From an uncultured Clostridia bacterium (lineage in GTDB: Bacteria > Bacillota > Clostridia > TANB77 > CAG-508): a stretch of 64,000 nt of DNA. Location: assembly GCA_944386715.1 (NCBI GenBank), contig CALXCD010000001.1, forward strand, positions 8,141 through 72,140, written 5' to 3'. Every line of letters starts with the position of its first letter. Position 1 is the first letter of the stretch. A model generated the notes under the pieces. It made no database searches and had not been told where the DNA came from. It saw nothing but the letters and a program-made list of their open reading frames with translations. Of this stretch, positions 19,867 through 30,984 are shown piece by piece. A program made the position numbers and the translations under genes.

Positions 19867-22800
19867 TTAATTTTTTATCATCCAATCCGGATGTTTTTCT
19901 TGTACTAATTCTGACTTTTCAGCCGCGATATGTCTTTGTATTTTTAAAGTATCTGTAACATCCACTTTTTGGTCTACATTGATATCTGCATTATTAAATT
20001 TATTTCCTTCTAAAATCCAATCTGGATGTTTTGTTGCAACTTCTTCATCTTTACTAGCAGCAATATGTCTTAAAACAGATAATAAATCCCCTGCATCTAT
20101 TTTTCCATCTAAGTTGATATCCCCTTTCATAGCAGATTTTCCAATATTTGTGATAAGAACCTCTACATAAGCTACATTTCCCGTAATGTCTTCCACTGTA
20201 ATATATTTGTCTATATTTTCTGCATAAGATTTCGTTAATGTTTTTTTATCTTCTGATAATTCCCATCCTTCCAATGGTTTTAACTCACGGTTAGATACAA
20301 TAGATACTACTACTATTTCTACTGGAGAAGAACCTATGGCATGATAGTTTACTTCCAATTCTAATTCTCCAATATCAATATTTACATTTGTTACATTATC
20401 TACAATATCTTTTACTGCTACTACCTCTTGTGTATTTTCTTCATATGTTCTTGTTAACGTTTTACCATCAGCAGACAATTCCCAACCTTCTATTTCTTGC
20501 AATATTTCATTTGCTGTAATAGTTACAATCGTTTGATAACCTTCTTCTTCATTATCTGGATTATAGTATTTTCTTTCATAAGTTAATTGCACTTCTGGTG
20601 ATTCTTTATCTATGTTTCCTATGATAACAGCTACATTGCTTTCATTTCCTACTAAATCTTTTAAAACAATTTCTTCCATTGTATTTTGTGTATAAGTTTT
20701 TGTTAATGTTAGTCCATCTTCTGATAATGTCCAGCCTTCTACAGTTTGCATTGGTTCATCTGCAGTAATAGTTACTAGAATATCTTGATTAGTAATTCCT
20801 TTTTCACTATATTCTACCTTTGTTACCGGAGATGTTTTATCAATATTGGAAATTTGAACTCTTACAACTACCGCATTGTTATTGGTATCTTTTACAGTTA
20901 ATAATTCTTGTGTATTCTGCTGATAAGATTTTGTTAGTGTAAATTTATCCCCTGATAAAGTCCATCCTTCCAATTCCTGTAATGTCGTATCTGATTGAAT
21001 TGTAACAACAACATCTTCTTTTGTTTTTTCGGTTATGCTATAAGTAAGTGATACTAGAAAATCTCCTATTTCAATAGGCACTGTTGTTTGATTTCCAGCT
21101 AAATCTTTTACGATAATTTCTTCTGTTGTTTTTTGCATATACAATTTTGTAAGCTCTTTTTTATCTTCTGACAATGTCCAACCTTCTAACTTTTGTAACT
21201 CTTCATCAGCAGTTAAAGTAACTTCTATTTGTTTATCGTCATCTCCTATTCTATTATAATAAACTTCTACATTTGCAGGTGTTGCGTCATAATTTTGAAT
21301 AGAAATCGCAACTTTTTGTATATTTCCAAACAAGTCTTTTACTTCAATTTCTTCTTCTGCATTTTGATTATATTCTTTTGTTAATACTAATTTATTTTCT
21401 GATAATTCCCATCCATCTACTAGTTGAATTGGTTCATTTGCAGTAAGGGTTACTAAAATATTTTCTGTCGTTGGCTCAGTTGTAGCATAATTTACTGTTA
21501 TTTCTGGTGGTACATTATCTACATTGTTTACTTCTACTTTAACAGTTGTTGTATTTCCATCTATGTCTGAAATAGTAACAGCCCATTTTACATTTTCTCT
21601 AAATTCTTTTGTTAAAGATTTTTTATCCTCTGATAAAGTCCACCCTTCTAATTCTTGCAATTCTCTATCTGCTGTTATTGTAACATCTACTTTTTCCTGA
21701 TTTACTTCTTCTGAACTATAAGTAACTTCAGCAACAAAATCCACAATAGCAATATCTACTGTTGTTTCATTCCCCACTAAATCTTTTACTATAACTTGTT
21801 CTTTTATTGGCTCACTATATTGTTTTACTAATTCTTTTTTATCTTCTGATAAAATCCATCCTTCTAAATCTTGTAATTCTTCATCTCCAATTAAAGTAAC
21901 TTGCACACCTGTTTCCTCTGTTCCTTTTTGATAAGTCGCAACTACTTTTGGAGCAATATTATCAATATTTTCTACCTTGACATTTACTTTAGATACATTT
22001 CCTACTAAGTCTGTTAAGATAACTGTTTCTTCCACGTTTTCTGAATAACTTTTTGTTAATTTCATTCCTTGTAAAGTAGTCTGCCATCCTTCTACAGATA
22101 AAACATTTTCCAATGCTCTAATGGTAACATTTACTGGTCCTTTTGTTTTATCTAACTCGCTGTAAGTAACCATTGTAATTGGCGCTATATCATCTATTTT
22201 ATAAGAATATCCCTCTTCTTTTAAATATTTTTCTGCCACTGTTCCACTTTTGCAATAAATATCAGCCCATAGCATATTTAAACCTAAACTTCCAATTTCA
22301 GTTACTGTATTAGGAATATATAATTCTTCTATAAAAAAGCAATTTTGAAAAACTTGTTTTCCAATTTTAGTAACTCCCATTGGCACTACTAATTTTGTCA
22401 AACTTGCACTCCCTACAAAAGCATAATCACCAATTTCTGTTATGCCTTGTGGAAAAGTAACTTCTTCTAATGTATAGCAATCTGCAAAAGTACATGCTTC
22501 TATCTTAGTAATTCCTTCTGGCAAAACAACCTTTTTTAATGAATTGCATCCTGAAAATACAGCTGTTCCCATGTATGTAACTTTTTCAGGAAGTTTTACC
22601 ACTTCTAATAATTGGCTCCAATAAAAAGCACCTCTTTCAATCTCTTCAACTGTAGAAATATCTACTTGTTGTAAATAATAACTATTAGAAAAAGCGTATT
22701 CTTTAATGCTTTTTACTGTCTCTGGTACAGTATAACTATTTCCTTCTTTATCACTTGGATAACATATCAGTTCTGTTATATTTTTATTAAATAAAATTCC

Positions 22801-23532
22801 ATCGATTGCTATATATTTAGAATTTGTTTCTGCAACTGTAAAATTTTCTAATGCATAACAACTTCTAAAAGCTCCATTTCCAATATAGGTCACAGTCTCT
22901 GGAACTTCTACTGTTTTTAACCATCCATTGTTAGCAAAAGCTATTTCTTTTATATTTGTTACTCCTTCTGGGATTGCATATTGTAAGTCTTCTTTCCCTT
23001 TTGGATAACAAATTAATTCTGTTTTATCTTTATTAAATAAAACCCCATTTTCACTACTAAAGAACAAATTAGATTCATCGACTTTTATTTCCTGCAAACC
23101 ATAAAGATAATGAAAAGCTTTATCACCAATATATGTTACTGTACTTGGAATCTCTATCACAGTTAAATTATCACATTGATTAAAAAAGTCACTTTCAATA
23201 CCAGTAATTCCTTCTTGTAAAATTACCTTTTTTATATCTAACATTTCTATATTAACTTCTTCTCTATTCCAAAATTCAGAAATAATAACATCACTATCTT
23301 CTGAAATATTATTGCTTCCTACATCTTTTGGATAACTACTAACCTCTCGAATTTTATCTATACCTTCCCCTATTATTCCGGTTCCTGAAATAGTCAATGT
23401 TCCTTCCTCGTCTATCGCAAATTCTATTTGGTCTATATTATTTTCTGCTTTTACTTGACCAGATAATAAAATTAGCAATACTATTGTCATAACCGTAATC
23501 ATTAATCCCCAAAAAATTTTACTATCCTTCAT
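19867..23532 (-). CDS. Secreted 1221-aa protein: BspA-type leucine-rich repeats, about 10 repeats of a roughly 90-aa Ig-like module (EGWTLSEDKK), C-terminal dockerin-like module
   Basis: Signal peptide. LRR_5-type repeats (TVTYIGxxAFxxCxxL). DNA repeats with period about 230-270 nt between 20240 and 22100. C-terminus GDINLDGKIDAGDLLSVLRHIA ... ADINVDQKVDVTDTLKIQRHIA, each followed by KHPDW. Confidence 0.75.
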   Translation of the reverse strand: MKDSKIFWGLMITVMTIVLLILLSGQVKAENNIDQIEFAIDEEGTLTISGTGIIGEGIDKIREVSSYPKDVGSNNISEDSDVIISEFWNREEVNIEMLDIKKVILQEGITGIESDFFNQCDNLTVIEIPSTVTYIGDKAFHYLYGLQEIKVDESNLFFSSENGVLFNKDKTELICYPKGKEDLQYAIPEGVTNIKEIAFANNGWLKTVEVPETVTYIGNGAFRSCYALENFTVAETNSKYIAIDGILFNKNITELICYPSDKEGNSYTVPETVKSIKEYAFSNSYYLQQVDISTVEEIERGAFYWSQLLEVVKLPEKVTYMGTAVFSGCNSLKKVVLPEGITKIEACTFADCYTLEEVTFPQGITEIGDYAFVGSASLTKLVVPMGVTKIGKQVFQNCFFIEELYIPNTVTEIGSLGLNMLWADIYCKSGTVAEKYLKEEGYSYKIDDIAPITMVTYSELDKTKGPVNVTIRALENVLSVEGWQTTLQGMKLTKSYSENVEETVILTDLVGNVSKVNVKVENIDNIAPKVVATYQKGTEETGVQVTLIGDEELQDLEGWILSEDKKELVKQYSEPIKEQVIVKDLVGNETTVDIAIVDFVAEVTYSSEEVNQEKVDVTITADRELQELEGWTLSEDKKSLTKEFRENVKWAVTISDIDGNTTTVKVEVNNVDNVPPEITVNYATTEPTTENILVTLTANEPIQLVDGWELSENKLVLTKEYNQNAEEEIEVKDLFGNIQKVAISIQNYDATPANVEVYYNRIGDDDKQIEVTLTADEELQKLEGWTLSEDKKELTKLYMQKTTEEIIVKDLAGNQTTVPIEIGDFLVSLTYSITEKTKEDVVVTIQSDTTLQELEGWTLSGDKFTLTKSYQQNTQELLTVKDTNNNAVVVRVQISNIDKTSPVTKVEYSEKGITNQDILVTITADEPMQTVEGWTLSEDGLTLTKTYTQNTMEEIVLKDLVGNESNVAVIIGNIDKESPEVQLTYERKYYNPDNEEEGYQTIVTITANEILQEIEGWELSADGKTLTRTYEENTQEVVAVKDIVDNVTNVNIDIGELELEVNYHAIGSSPVEIVVVSIVSNRELKPLEGWELSEDKKTLTKSYAENIDKYITVEDITGNVAYVEVLITNIGKSAMKGDINLDGKIDAGDLLSVLRHIAASKDEEVATKHPDWILEGNKFNNADINVDQKVDVTDTLKIQRHIAAEKSELVQEKHPDWMIKN

Positions 23533-23751
23533 TATTTTCTCCTAATTTTTTTCTAATTTTATTCCTACTTATATTCTCACAATTATTTTTTATTGTAAAT
23601 AACCTATATTTTCTGTTTCTAAAATATTTCATTTACCATCTTACGGATATTACTTTTAGATATTTTTCGTTCTATTTATTAAATTTATATGACATTTATA
23701 AAACATTTGCACTCTTCTTCCTTAAAATTTAAAAAAAGCTTTTATTGCTTA

Positions 23752-23790
23752 CAAAAAAAGAGACGCAATCTATACGTCCCTAACATTTAT
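23752..23790 (-). terminator. Probable ftsH terminator (GAGACG/CGTCCC hairpin followed by T-run on the minus strand)
   Basis: Imperfect GC hairpin followed by TCTCTTTTTTTG on the reverse strand just past the ftsH stop. Confidence 0.4.
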
Positions 23791-23794
23791 ATTA

Positions 23795-25648
23795 TTATTC
23801 TTCTCCAAATATAGCTTCAAATTCATCAGCTTCAATTTTCTCTTTTTCTAAAAGAATGGCTGCTACTGCATGTAGTTTTTCTACATGGTCTGATAGAATT
23901 TGTTTTGCTCTATTATAACCTGTATCAACTATTCTCTTTGTTTCTTCATCAATAATAGCAGCCGTTTCTTCTGAATATTCTTTTCCTTGTGCAAGGTCTC
24001 TTCCTAAAAATACTTGTTCTTGATTAGAACCTAACATTAAAGCTCCAATTCTTTCACTCATACCATATTTTGTAACCATACTTCTTGCAATACCAGTTGC
24101 TCTTTCGATATCATTACTTGCTCCTGTCGAAATATCATTTAAGATAAGTGCTTCTGCCACTCTTCCACCTAGTAAAGATACAATATTTTCTTCCATTTCT
24201 GTCTTAGACATAAAGGATTTATCTTCTGTAGGACGATACATAGTATATCCTCCTGCCATTCCTCTAGGCACAATAGAAATTTGATGTACAGGGTCTTGTG
24301 TTTCTAAGTAATGACTAACAACTGCATGACCTGCTTCATGATAAGCTACTAGTTTATTTTCTTTTTCACTTCTTACTTTTGTTTTCTTTTCAGGTCCCAT
24401 CGTAACTTTTATCATAGCATCTTCTATTTCTTTCATTCCAATTTCACTTAAATTTCTTCTTGCTGCTAATAAAGCTGCCTCATTTAAAACATTCTCTAAA
24501 TCTGCTCCTGCAAATCCTGATGTGTTCTTCGCAATTACTTTTAAATCTACATCATCTGCTAATCTTTTCTTTCTACTATGCACTTCTAATATTTGCTCTC
24601 TTGCTTTTACATCAGGTGCTCCTACTACAATTTGTCTATCAAATCTTCCGGCACGAAGCAATGCTTTATCTAATACATCTGGTCTATTAGTTGCAGCTAA
24701 TACAATAACACCTTCATTTTCAGCAAATCCATCCATTTCTACTAATAATTGATTTAATGTTTGTTCTCTTTCATCATGTCCTCCACCAAGTCCTGCACCC
24801 CTTTGACGTCCCACAGCATCAATTTCGTCAATAAATACAATACATGGTGCATTTTTCTTTGCTTGGTCAAATAAGTCTCTTACACGAGAAGCTCCTACAC
24901 CAACAAACATCTCCACAAAATCAGAACCACTAATAATAAAGAATGGTACTCCTGCTTCTCCAGCAACAGCCTTAGCTAACAATGTTTTACCAGTACCTGG
25001 TTGACCAACTAATAAAACACCTTTTGGAATTCTTGCTCCCATATCTGTAAATTTTTTTGGATTTTTCAAAAATTGAACAATCTCTTCTAATTCTTCTTTT
25101 TCTTCATCTACACCTGCTACATCATCAAAAGATATTTTGTTTCTATCTGCTGGTGTCATCATTCTAGCTTTACTTTTTCCAAATGACATTGTTTTACTTC
25201 CTGGATTTCCTCCATTAGAACCACTCATCATAAAGAACCAGAAAATAAAGAAAATAATTAATAATCCAAATGGTGTTAATAAACTAATAACTGTTACTAA
25301 TATAGATTGAGACTTTTCTTCTAAAGTAAATGCTCCTTCTTTTAAGAATTCCTCTGTATATGTCATAAAGCTTCCCATATCTGGAATATTAACTTCTTTT
25401 TTCACTTTATCATCTTTTAATTGAACTGTTGCGGTCTTTCCATCTGCTTCTATTTGAATACTTTCTACCTTCCCACTATTAATATCTGCAATTAATTCAG
25501 AATATTTTAACTTAGAATCACTATTTTCTACAATAGATGATAATACAACAATAAAAATGACTCCAATAATTAACCACATCGCTAATGTTTTGATTCCATT
25601 TTTCAAAATTAATTCCTCCTTTAGTCTTAACCCCTTTATTTTTTCCAA
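23795..25648 (-). CDS. ftsH: ATP-dependent zinc metalloprotease FtsH
   Basis: Two N-terminal TM segments. AAA motifs [18 protein letters not shown] and [11 protein letters not shown]. Protease motif HEAGHAV. Confidence 0.95.
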   Translation of the reverse strand: MEKIKGLRLKEELILKNGIKTLAMWLIIGVIFIVVLSSIVENSDSKLKYSELIADINSGKVESIQIEADGKTATVQLKDDKVKKEVNIPDMGSFMTYTEEFLKEGAFTLEEKSQSILVTVISLLTPFGLLIIFFIFWFFMMSGSNGGNPGSKTMSFGKSKARMMTPADRNKISFDDVAGVDEEKEELEEIVQFLKNPKKFTDMGARIPKGVLLVGQPGTGKTLLAKAVAGEAGVPFFIISGSDFVEMFVGVGASRVRDLFDQAKKNAPCIVFIDEIDAVGRQRGAGLGGGHDEREQTLNQLLVEMDGFAENEGVIVLAATNRPDVLDKALLRAGRFDRQIVVGAPDVKAREQILEVHSRKKRLADDVDLKVIAKNTSGFAGADLENVLNEAALLAARRNLSEIGMKEIEDAMIKVTMGPEKKTKVRSEKENKLVAYHEAGHAVVSHYLETQDPVHQISIVPRGMAGGYTMYRPTEDKSFMSKTEMEENIVSLLGGRVAEALILNDISTGASNDIERATGIARSMVTKYGMSERIGALMLGSNQEQVFLGRDLAQGKEYSEETAAIIDEETKRIVDTGYNRAKQILSDHVEKLHAVAAILLEKEKIEADEFEAIFGEE

Positions 25649-25737
25649 CTTATATCATATTGTTTTGGCTTTTTCAATACTTTTTTCATGACTTTTTTGT
25701 GACAATTTCTTGCCCTTCAAAATCATACTACGGCTCC

Positions 25738-26757
25738 TTATATTTGGCTAATAAAATAAATTTGATGATTTTTTACCAAAACTTTAATTTTTTTATTTGG
25801 CGTTAAAAATTTATTTCCAATATTGTTTTCACAAAGCTTAACAATATCTTCTATATGTATTTTTTCTATTCCACAACTATTACCAAAAAGCCTTGTTATA
25901 GTATATAAAATAATTCTAGCTTTTATCACCTTTTCTTGTTGATTAAATTTTTTTAAATTTAATATAATTTGCCCAAATTCTTTTTTTTCTTTCACTACAA
26001 TCTGTTGATAAACATCTTGTACTTGTTTATCTATATAATCTTCTTCTACTTTTACCAATTTAGCTAACCTGTCTATTGTTTCTATAATGTTAGGATTAAA
26101 TTCCTGTTGAAGATATGGTATAACAACATTTCTAATTTTATTTCTAGTATAAATATTATCAAAATTTGTTTTATCTATTCGAGGATTCAAACCTTTTTGC
26201 TCACAATATTCTTCAATTTCATATCTTTGACAATCAATTAAAGGTCTTATTAAATTTTCTCTTTTTGCTTCCATTCCTTTTAGCCCTATGGTTCCAGAGC
26301 CTCTGATGAAATGCATCATAATAGTTTCTACATTATCGTTTTTATTATGTGCAACAGCAATTTTATGAGAACCAGTTTCTTTCATTACTTCTTCAAAAAA
26401 TTGATATCTTGCTAATCTTCCCGCTTCTTCTGTTCCTATTTTATTATTATTAGCTAATTTTAGGACATCTATACTTTTACAATAAAATTTGATTTGTTTT
26501 TCTTCACAAAAACGTTTTACATATTCTTCATCTTCTTTTGCCTCTTTGCGAATAAGATGATTGACATGAGCTACTACAAACTCAAACCCTTCTAATTGAT
26601 TATCTATTTGCTTGTTAGCAATTCTATATAAAATGTCTAACATACAAATGGAATCTGGTCCTCCAGATACTCCGAAGAACCATTTTGTCTCCTTTTTCTA
26701 TTAATTTATTTTGTTCTATTGTTTCTAATACTTTTTGTTCTATGCTTTTAGTCTTCA
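25738..26757 (-). CDS. tilS: tRNA(Ile)-lysidine synthetase TilS with an apparent 1-nt frameshift at about 26680-26689
   Basis: Frame A (ATG at 26757, RBS GGAGC) encodes MKTKSIEQKVLETIEQNKLIEKGDK and then terminates. The adjacent frame carries the PP-loop SGGPDSICMLDIL with no start codon of its own. Frames switch at CAAAATGG. Confidence 0.75.
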
Positions 26758-26782
26758 TTTTTATTAGCTCCTATCCATCATT

Positions 26783-26828
26783 GGTTCCAGGTTTGGATGC
26801 CAATTTTTTGGCATTCAAACCTGGAACC
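26783..26828. repeat. Palindromic element copy 2: GGTTCCAGGTTTGGATGCCAA-TTTTT-TGGCATTCAAACCTGGAACC (45/46 identical to copy 1)
   Basis: Read directly. Sits between the dnaB stop and the tilS start. Confidence 0.85.
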
Positions 26829-26839
26829 AAAAGCAAAAT

Positions 26840-28175
26840 CTAATCATCAAATCTTTTTTCTAGATTCACAAATTTTGTATAGCTTCCTAACCATAATAAT
26901 TCTATTGTTCCTGTAGAACCACCTCTATGTTTTGCAAGTATTACTTCTGCAATGTCCTTTTTTTCACTATCTTGATTATAATAATCATCACGATATAAAA
27001 ACATAACAATATCAGCATCTTGCTCGATAGCTCCAGATTCTCTTAAATCTGAAAGCATAGGTCTATGGTCTGGTCTTTGTTCTACTGCTCTTGATAATTG
27101 TGATAAAGCAATTACTGGCACATTCAATTCTTTTGCCAAAATTTTCAAAGACCTACTAATTTCAGAAATTTCTTGTTCACGGCTACCGTTTCTCTTATTG
27201 CTTCCTTGTACTAATTGCAAATAGTCAATAACCACCATCCCAATATTTTTTTCTAATTTTAATTTTCTACATTTTGCTCTAATCTCCATCACAGAAATTC
27301 CCGGTGTATCGTCAATATAAATTTCCGCATCAGACAATGGTCCGGATAGCTCCAGCAAGTTTAGTCCAATCCTCTTCCTCTAATTTTCCAGTTCTTACTT
27401 TATTACTATCTACCATTGCTTCACTACACAAAATTCTATTTACCATTTGTTCTTTTGACATCTCTAGACTAAAAATAGCAACTGGTACTTTTGCTTTTAC
27501 AGCCGCATTTGCTGCAATATTAAGAGCAAAAGCAGATTTTCCCATCGCAGGTCTTGCAGCAATTAAAATTAATTCTGAACCATGAAAACCTGCCGTTTTA
27601 TAATCTAACTGTACAAAACCTGATGGAACACCTGTAATATGTTGTTTTCGATTATATAACTCTTCTAATTGTGTAAAACTATCTACTAAAATATCTTTAA
27701 TGGGTGTATAACCTTTTTGATTTTTATTTTGCATCATATTAAAAATTTTTTTCTCTGCCCCTTCCATGATGTCTTCTACATCCTCTGTTGGGTCATATCC
27801 TAATTCAATAATTTCATTAGCAGTTTTGATTAAATTCCTTAATGCTGCTTTTTCTTCCACAATTTTAATATATTTCATAGCATTTGCAGTAGTAGGAACT
27901 TTATCTGGCAGCTCTGCCAAATACTCTAATCCTCCTACCTGTTCAAATTTTCCCATGGTTTCTAATTCTGATTTAACAGTAATAATATCAATAGGTTCTG
28001 CTCTGTTATATAGATTCAAAATTGCTTCATATATTGCTTTGTTATCCTCACGATAAAAATCTTCTTGTTTTAATACTTCTATGGCTGAAATCACAGCATC
28101 TCTATCTGTTAACATACTACCAATTACTGCTTGTTCAGCTTCTAAATCATGAGGTGGTACTTTTCCTAATTCCAT
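26840..28175 (-). CDS. dnaB: Replicative DNA helicase DnaB, split into two overlapping ORFs by a 1-nt frameshift at about 27330-27358
   Basis: Upstream ORF has the N-terminal domain and Walker [17 protein letters not shown] and ends ...[10 protein letters not shown]. Downstream ORF begins [20 protein letters not shown] and has Walker B and the RecA-like C-terminus. An extra C in ATCCGGA reconciles the frames. Confidence 0.8.
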
Positions 28176-28209
28176 CTTTCCCTCCTCTTGCTTTACCTGT
28201 TATCTATTT

Positions 28210-28656
28210 TTATTCTGCCAAGACATCTACTTTTACTCTTCCTATAACTCCTTCGAAAAGTCTTATTTCTACTGTTCTTTCTCCTAAAGTCTTAATGGTT
28301 TCTTTCAAATCTATTTTCTTTTTATCTACATGAATTTGATATTGTTTTTCTAACACTTCTGCAATTTCTTTGGAAGATACCCCTCCAAATATTTTTCCAT
28401 TTTCTCCCGCTTTCACTTTAATTCTTAAAGAAATTTTAGAAAGTTTTTCTGCAACATGCATTGCTTCTTCCTTTTCTTGTTGTTTTTGATATTGCATAGA
28501 TTGTTGTTTTGCTTTCCATTTATTCATATTTTCATTATTAGCTTCTACCGCCAAATTTTTAGGAAATAAAAAATTACGTGCATAACCATCTGAAGCTTCT
28601 ATAACTTGGTCCTTTTTCCCTACCCCTTTAATATCTGCTTTTAAAATTACTTTCAT
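28210..28656 (-). CDS. rplI: 50S ribosomal protein L9
   Basis: 148-aa product MKVILKADIKGVGKKDQVIEASDGYARNFLFPKNLA. Confidence 0.92.
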   Translation of the reverse strand: MKVILKADIKGVGKKDQVIEASDGYARNFLFPKNLAVEANNENMNKWKAKQQSMQYQKQQEKEEAMHVAEKLSKISLRIKVKAGENGKIFGGVSSKEIAEVLEKQYQIHVDKKKIDLKETIKTLGERTVEIRLFEGVIGRVKVDVLAE

Positions 28657-28695
28657 TTATCTCACACCTTTCATTATTGTTACTAAAGTGGTATA

Positions 28696-30714
28696 TTAAT
28701 TTTCAATTTCTGAAAAATACTCATTGATTCTATTCATCAATTCTTGTTTCGTTTCTTCCATTGTCATACCTTCTACTTGTGCTCCTGCTAAGGTGATATG
28801 TCCTCCTCCACCTAGCTTTTCTAAAATAATTTGCACATTGATATCTCCAATAGAACGTCCACTAATACATATCTTATCACCTAAATTTCCTAATACAAAA
28901 GAAGCGGTAATATCACTAATTGTTAATAATTCATCTGCTGCTTTTGCACAAATAAGACTTGCATCCTTTTCCTTTTTTGCATATATCGCTATTGCTATCG
29001 TATCATTAACTATTTCTGCTTTTTTTACAATATCGGCAATTTTATTGAAACTTGCCAAATCACTTTGAAACCATTTTTTAACGCGGATAATATCCACACC
29101 ACATCTACGTAAATATGCAGCTGCTTCAAAAGTTCTTACCCCTGTTTTAAATGTAAAATTCTTTGTATCCATCATAATACCTGCATATAAACTTTCTGCT
29201 TCCATCGTTGTTAATTCAACTTTTGTTTCCGCATACTGTATCAATTCTGTTACTAATTCTGCTGCTGAAGAAGCATATACTTCTTGAAAAGTTAGCGTTG
29301 CTTTTTCAATAAAATCTGCACTTCTTCTATGATGGTCAATCACCACAATTTTATCAGTTTCTTCTAACAATTCAGGTGCTTCCACATAAGTTGATTTATG
29401 CGTATCTACAATAACCAACAAAGTTTCTTTATCTACATTTTCTATTGCCACTTCTTTACTAATCAATATATCTTCATATTCTTCTTCCTTTGCAAGTGAC
29501 TTTTTGAAATTTTGTAAAGTAGTTGTATTATTACTATCGATAATATACGCATTTTTGTTAAGACTTCTTGCTAAACGATAAATTCCCATACTAGAACCCA
29601 TAGAATCAATATCTGGATTTGTGTGTCCCATTATCATTACTTTACTTGCATCTTTGATTAAATTTTCTAAGGCATGTGCCACAATTCTAGCCTTCACTTT
29701 TGTCCTTTTTTCTACTTCTTGCGCTCTGCCCCCGAAAAATTTATAGATTTCGTTTTCTCTAATAACAGCTTGGTCTCCTCCTCGTCCTAAAACAATATCC
29801 ATAGCAGCTTGTGCAGATTTATATTTTTCTTTATCTGTTGCCCCCTCATTAGATACTGCTATACTTAGAGTAAATTGTATGTTTTCTTTTGGTGATATCT
29901 CTTTTATTTTATCTAAAACACTAAATTTATCCTCTTTTATTTTTTCTAGATATCTTTGTTCAAATAAATATATATATCTATCTCTATCTGACTTTATCAA
30001 AACACCATTGGTTTGGTCTGTCCATTCATAAATACATTTATCGATTTCAGCAATAATTTGTGGTCTTTCTTCACTTTCTAATTGTAACATTGTTTCCTCA
30101 TAATTATCTACCATCATAATAGTAACACAAGACTTAGAATCTTTATATTCTTTCTGTAATTTTTTATTTTCAGTTTCATCTAAAAAATACAAGATTATCA
30201 TATATTCTTGTGCTTTCTTTTTATCTTTATTTTTAGAATTAACAAATTTTCCAACGACTTTATAATAATTTTTTCCTATTTCTAATTGTCTAACAATATC
30301 TTTGTTGTTCTTATCTTCTCTTTTTTGAATTTCACTTTTAATATCTATTAATAAATCATTAATATAATTATTAATATCAATATTAGCAAATTCTGAAATA
30401 AATTTATTACTTTTCCATATAACATTTCCATCTGTTTCTAAAATAATTAAAGGAAATGGTGAATTAATCAAACTACTTTTAGCTGCTGAATCTACTGTTA
30501 AAGTTAAATCTTGCAAAGTCTCTGATATTTCGCTTTTCCTTTTTTTATTAGCATAATAGGTATATGCCATCACTAAAAAAAATACAGCAATGGCAGGTAT
30601 TATCATAACTTTATTTTCGATACAAATAATAATTAGTAAAACTAATATAATTCCTAAATATATTTTTGTTCTTGAAATGATATTTTCAAAAACTTTCCTA
30701 TTGGTATTTTGCAT
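28696..30714 (-). CDS. gdpP: Cyclic-di-AMP phosphodiesterase GdpP: 2 TM, PAS-like, degenerate GGDEF, DHH, DHHA1
   Basis: Two N-terminal TM helices. The DHH motif MGHTNPDIDSMGS and DHHA1 GGGGHITLAGAQ. Conserved yybT-rplI-dnaB arrangement. Confidence 0.85.
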   Translation of the reverse strand: MQNTNRKVFENIISRTKIYLGIILVLLIIICIENKVMIIPAIAVFFLVMAYTYYANKKRKSEISETLQDLTLTVDSAAKSSLINSPFPLIILETDGNVIWKSNKFISEFANIDINNYINDLLIDIKSEIQKREDKNNKDIVRQLEIGKNYYKVVGKFVNSKNKDKKKAQEYMIILYFLDETENKKLQKEYKDSKSCVTIMMVDNYEETMLQLESEERPQIIAEIDKCIYEWTDQTNGVLIKSDRDRYIYLFEQRYLEKIKEDKFSVLDKIKEISPKENIQFTLSIAVSNEGATDKEKYKSAQAAMDIVLGRGGDQAVIRENEIYKFFGGRAQEVEKRTKVKARIVAHALENLIKDASKVMIMGHTNPDIDSMGSSMGIYRLARSLNKNAYIIDSNNTTTLQNFKKSLAKEEEYEDILISKEVAIENVDKETLLVIVDTHKSTYVEAPELLEETDKIVVIDHHRRSADFIEKATLTFQEVYASSAAELVTELIQYAETKVELTTMEAESLYAGIMMDTKNFTFKTGVRTFEAAAYLRRCGVDIIRVKKWFQSDLASFNKIADIVKKAEIVNDTIAIAIYAKKEKDASLICAKAADELLTISDITASFVLGNLGDKICISGRSIGDINVQIILEKLGGGGHITLAGAQVEGMTMEETKQELMNRINEYFSEIEN

Positions 30715-30912
30715 GTGATTACTCCTTACATTTATTCTATTTTATTGTACTAGCAAAAGCATATTTTGTCAAGATTAATAAGTGTTTACCTGGGGAAATT
30801 TAAGCACGTTACAGAAGCATTACCATCACTATATAATATAACAATAAACACTAACCAAAATTCCCTTCTGCTACATAATTGTAATATGATTAAATTTCCT
30901 GGTAATATACTA

Positions 30913-30957
30913 AAATTCAGTATGTACTAAATTTTAATACATACTGAATTTAAATCA
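30913..30957 (-). terminator. Hairpin AATTCAGTATGTA / TACATACTGAATT then T-rich tract, downstream of the giant adhesin gene
   Basis: 13-bp stem read directly. On the minus strand it is followed by TTTTAGTATATT. Confidence 0.5.
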
Positions 30958-30984
30958 TATCCTATTAAATTTTTATTCATATAT

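Noticed and set aside
28696-30714. GGDEF-like region of the gdpP product considered as an active diguanylate cyclase
   Set aside because: The motif is degenerate and the architecture (2TM-PAS-GGDEF*-DHH-DHHA1 next to rplI-dnaB) is the standard c-di-AMP phosphodiesterase GdpP.
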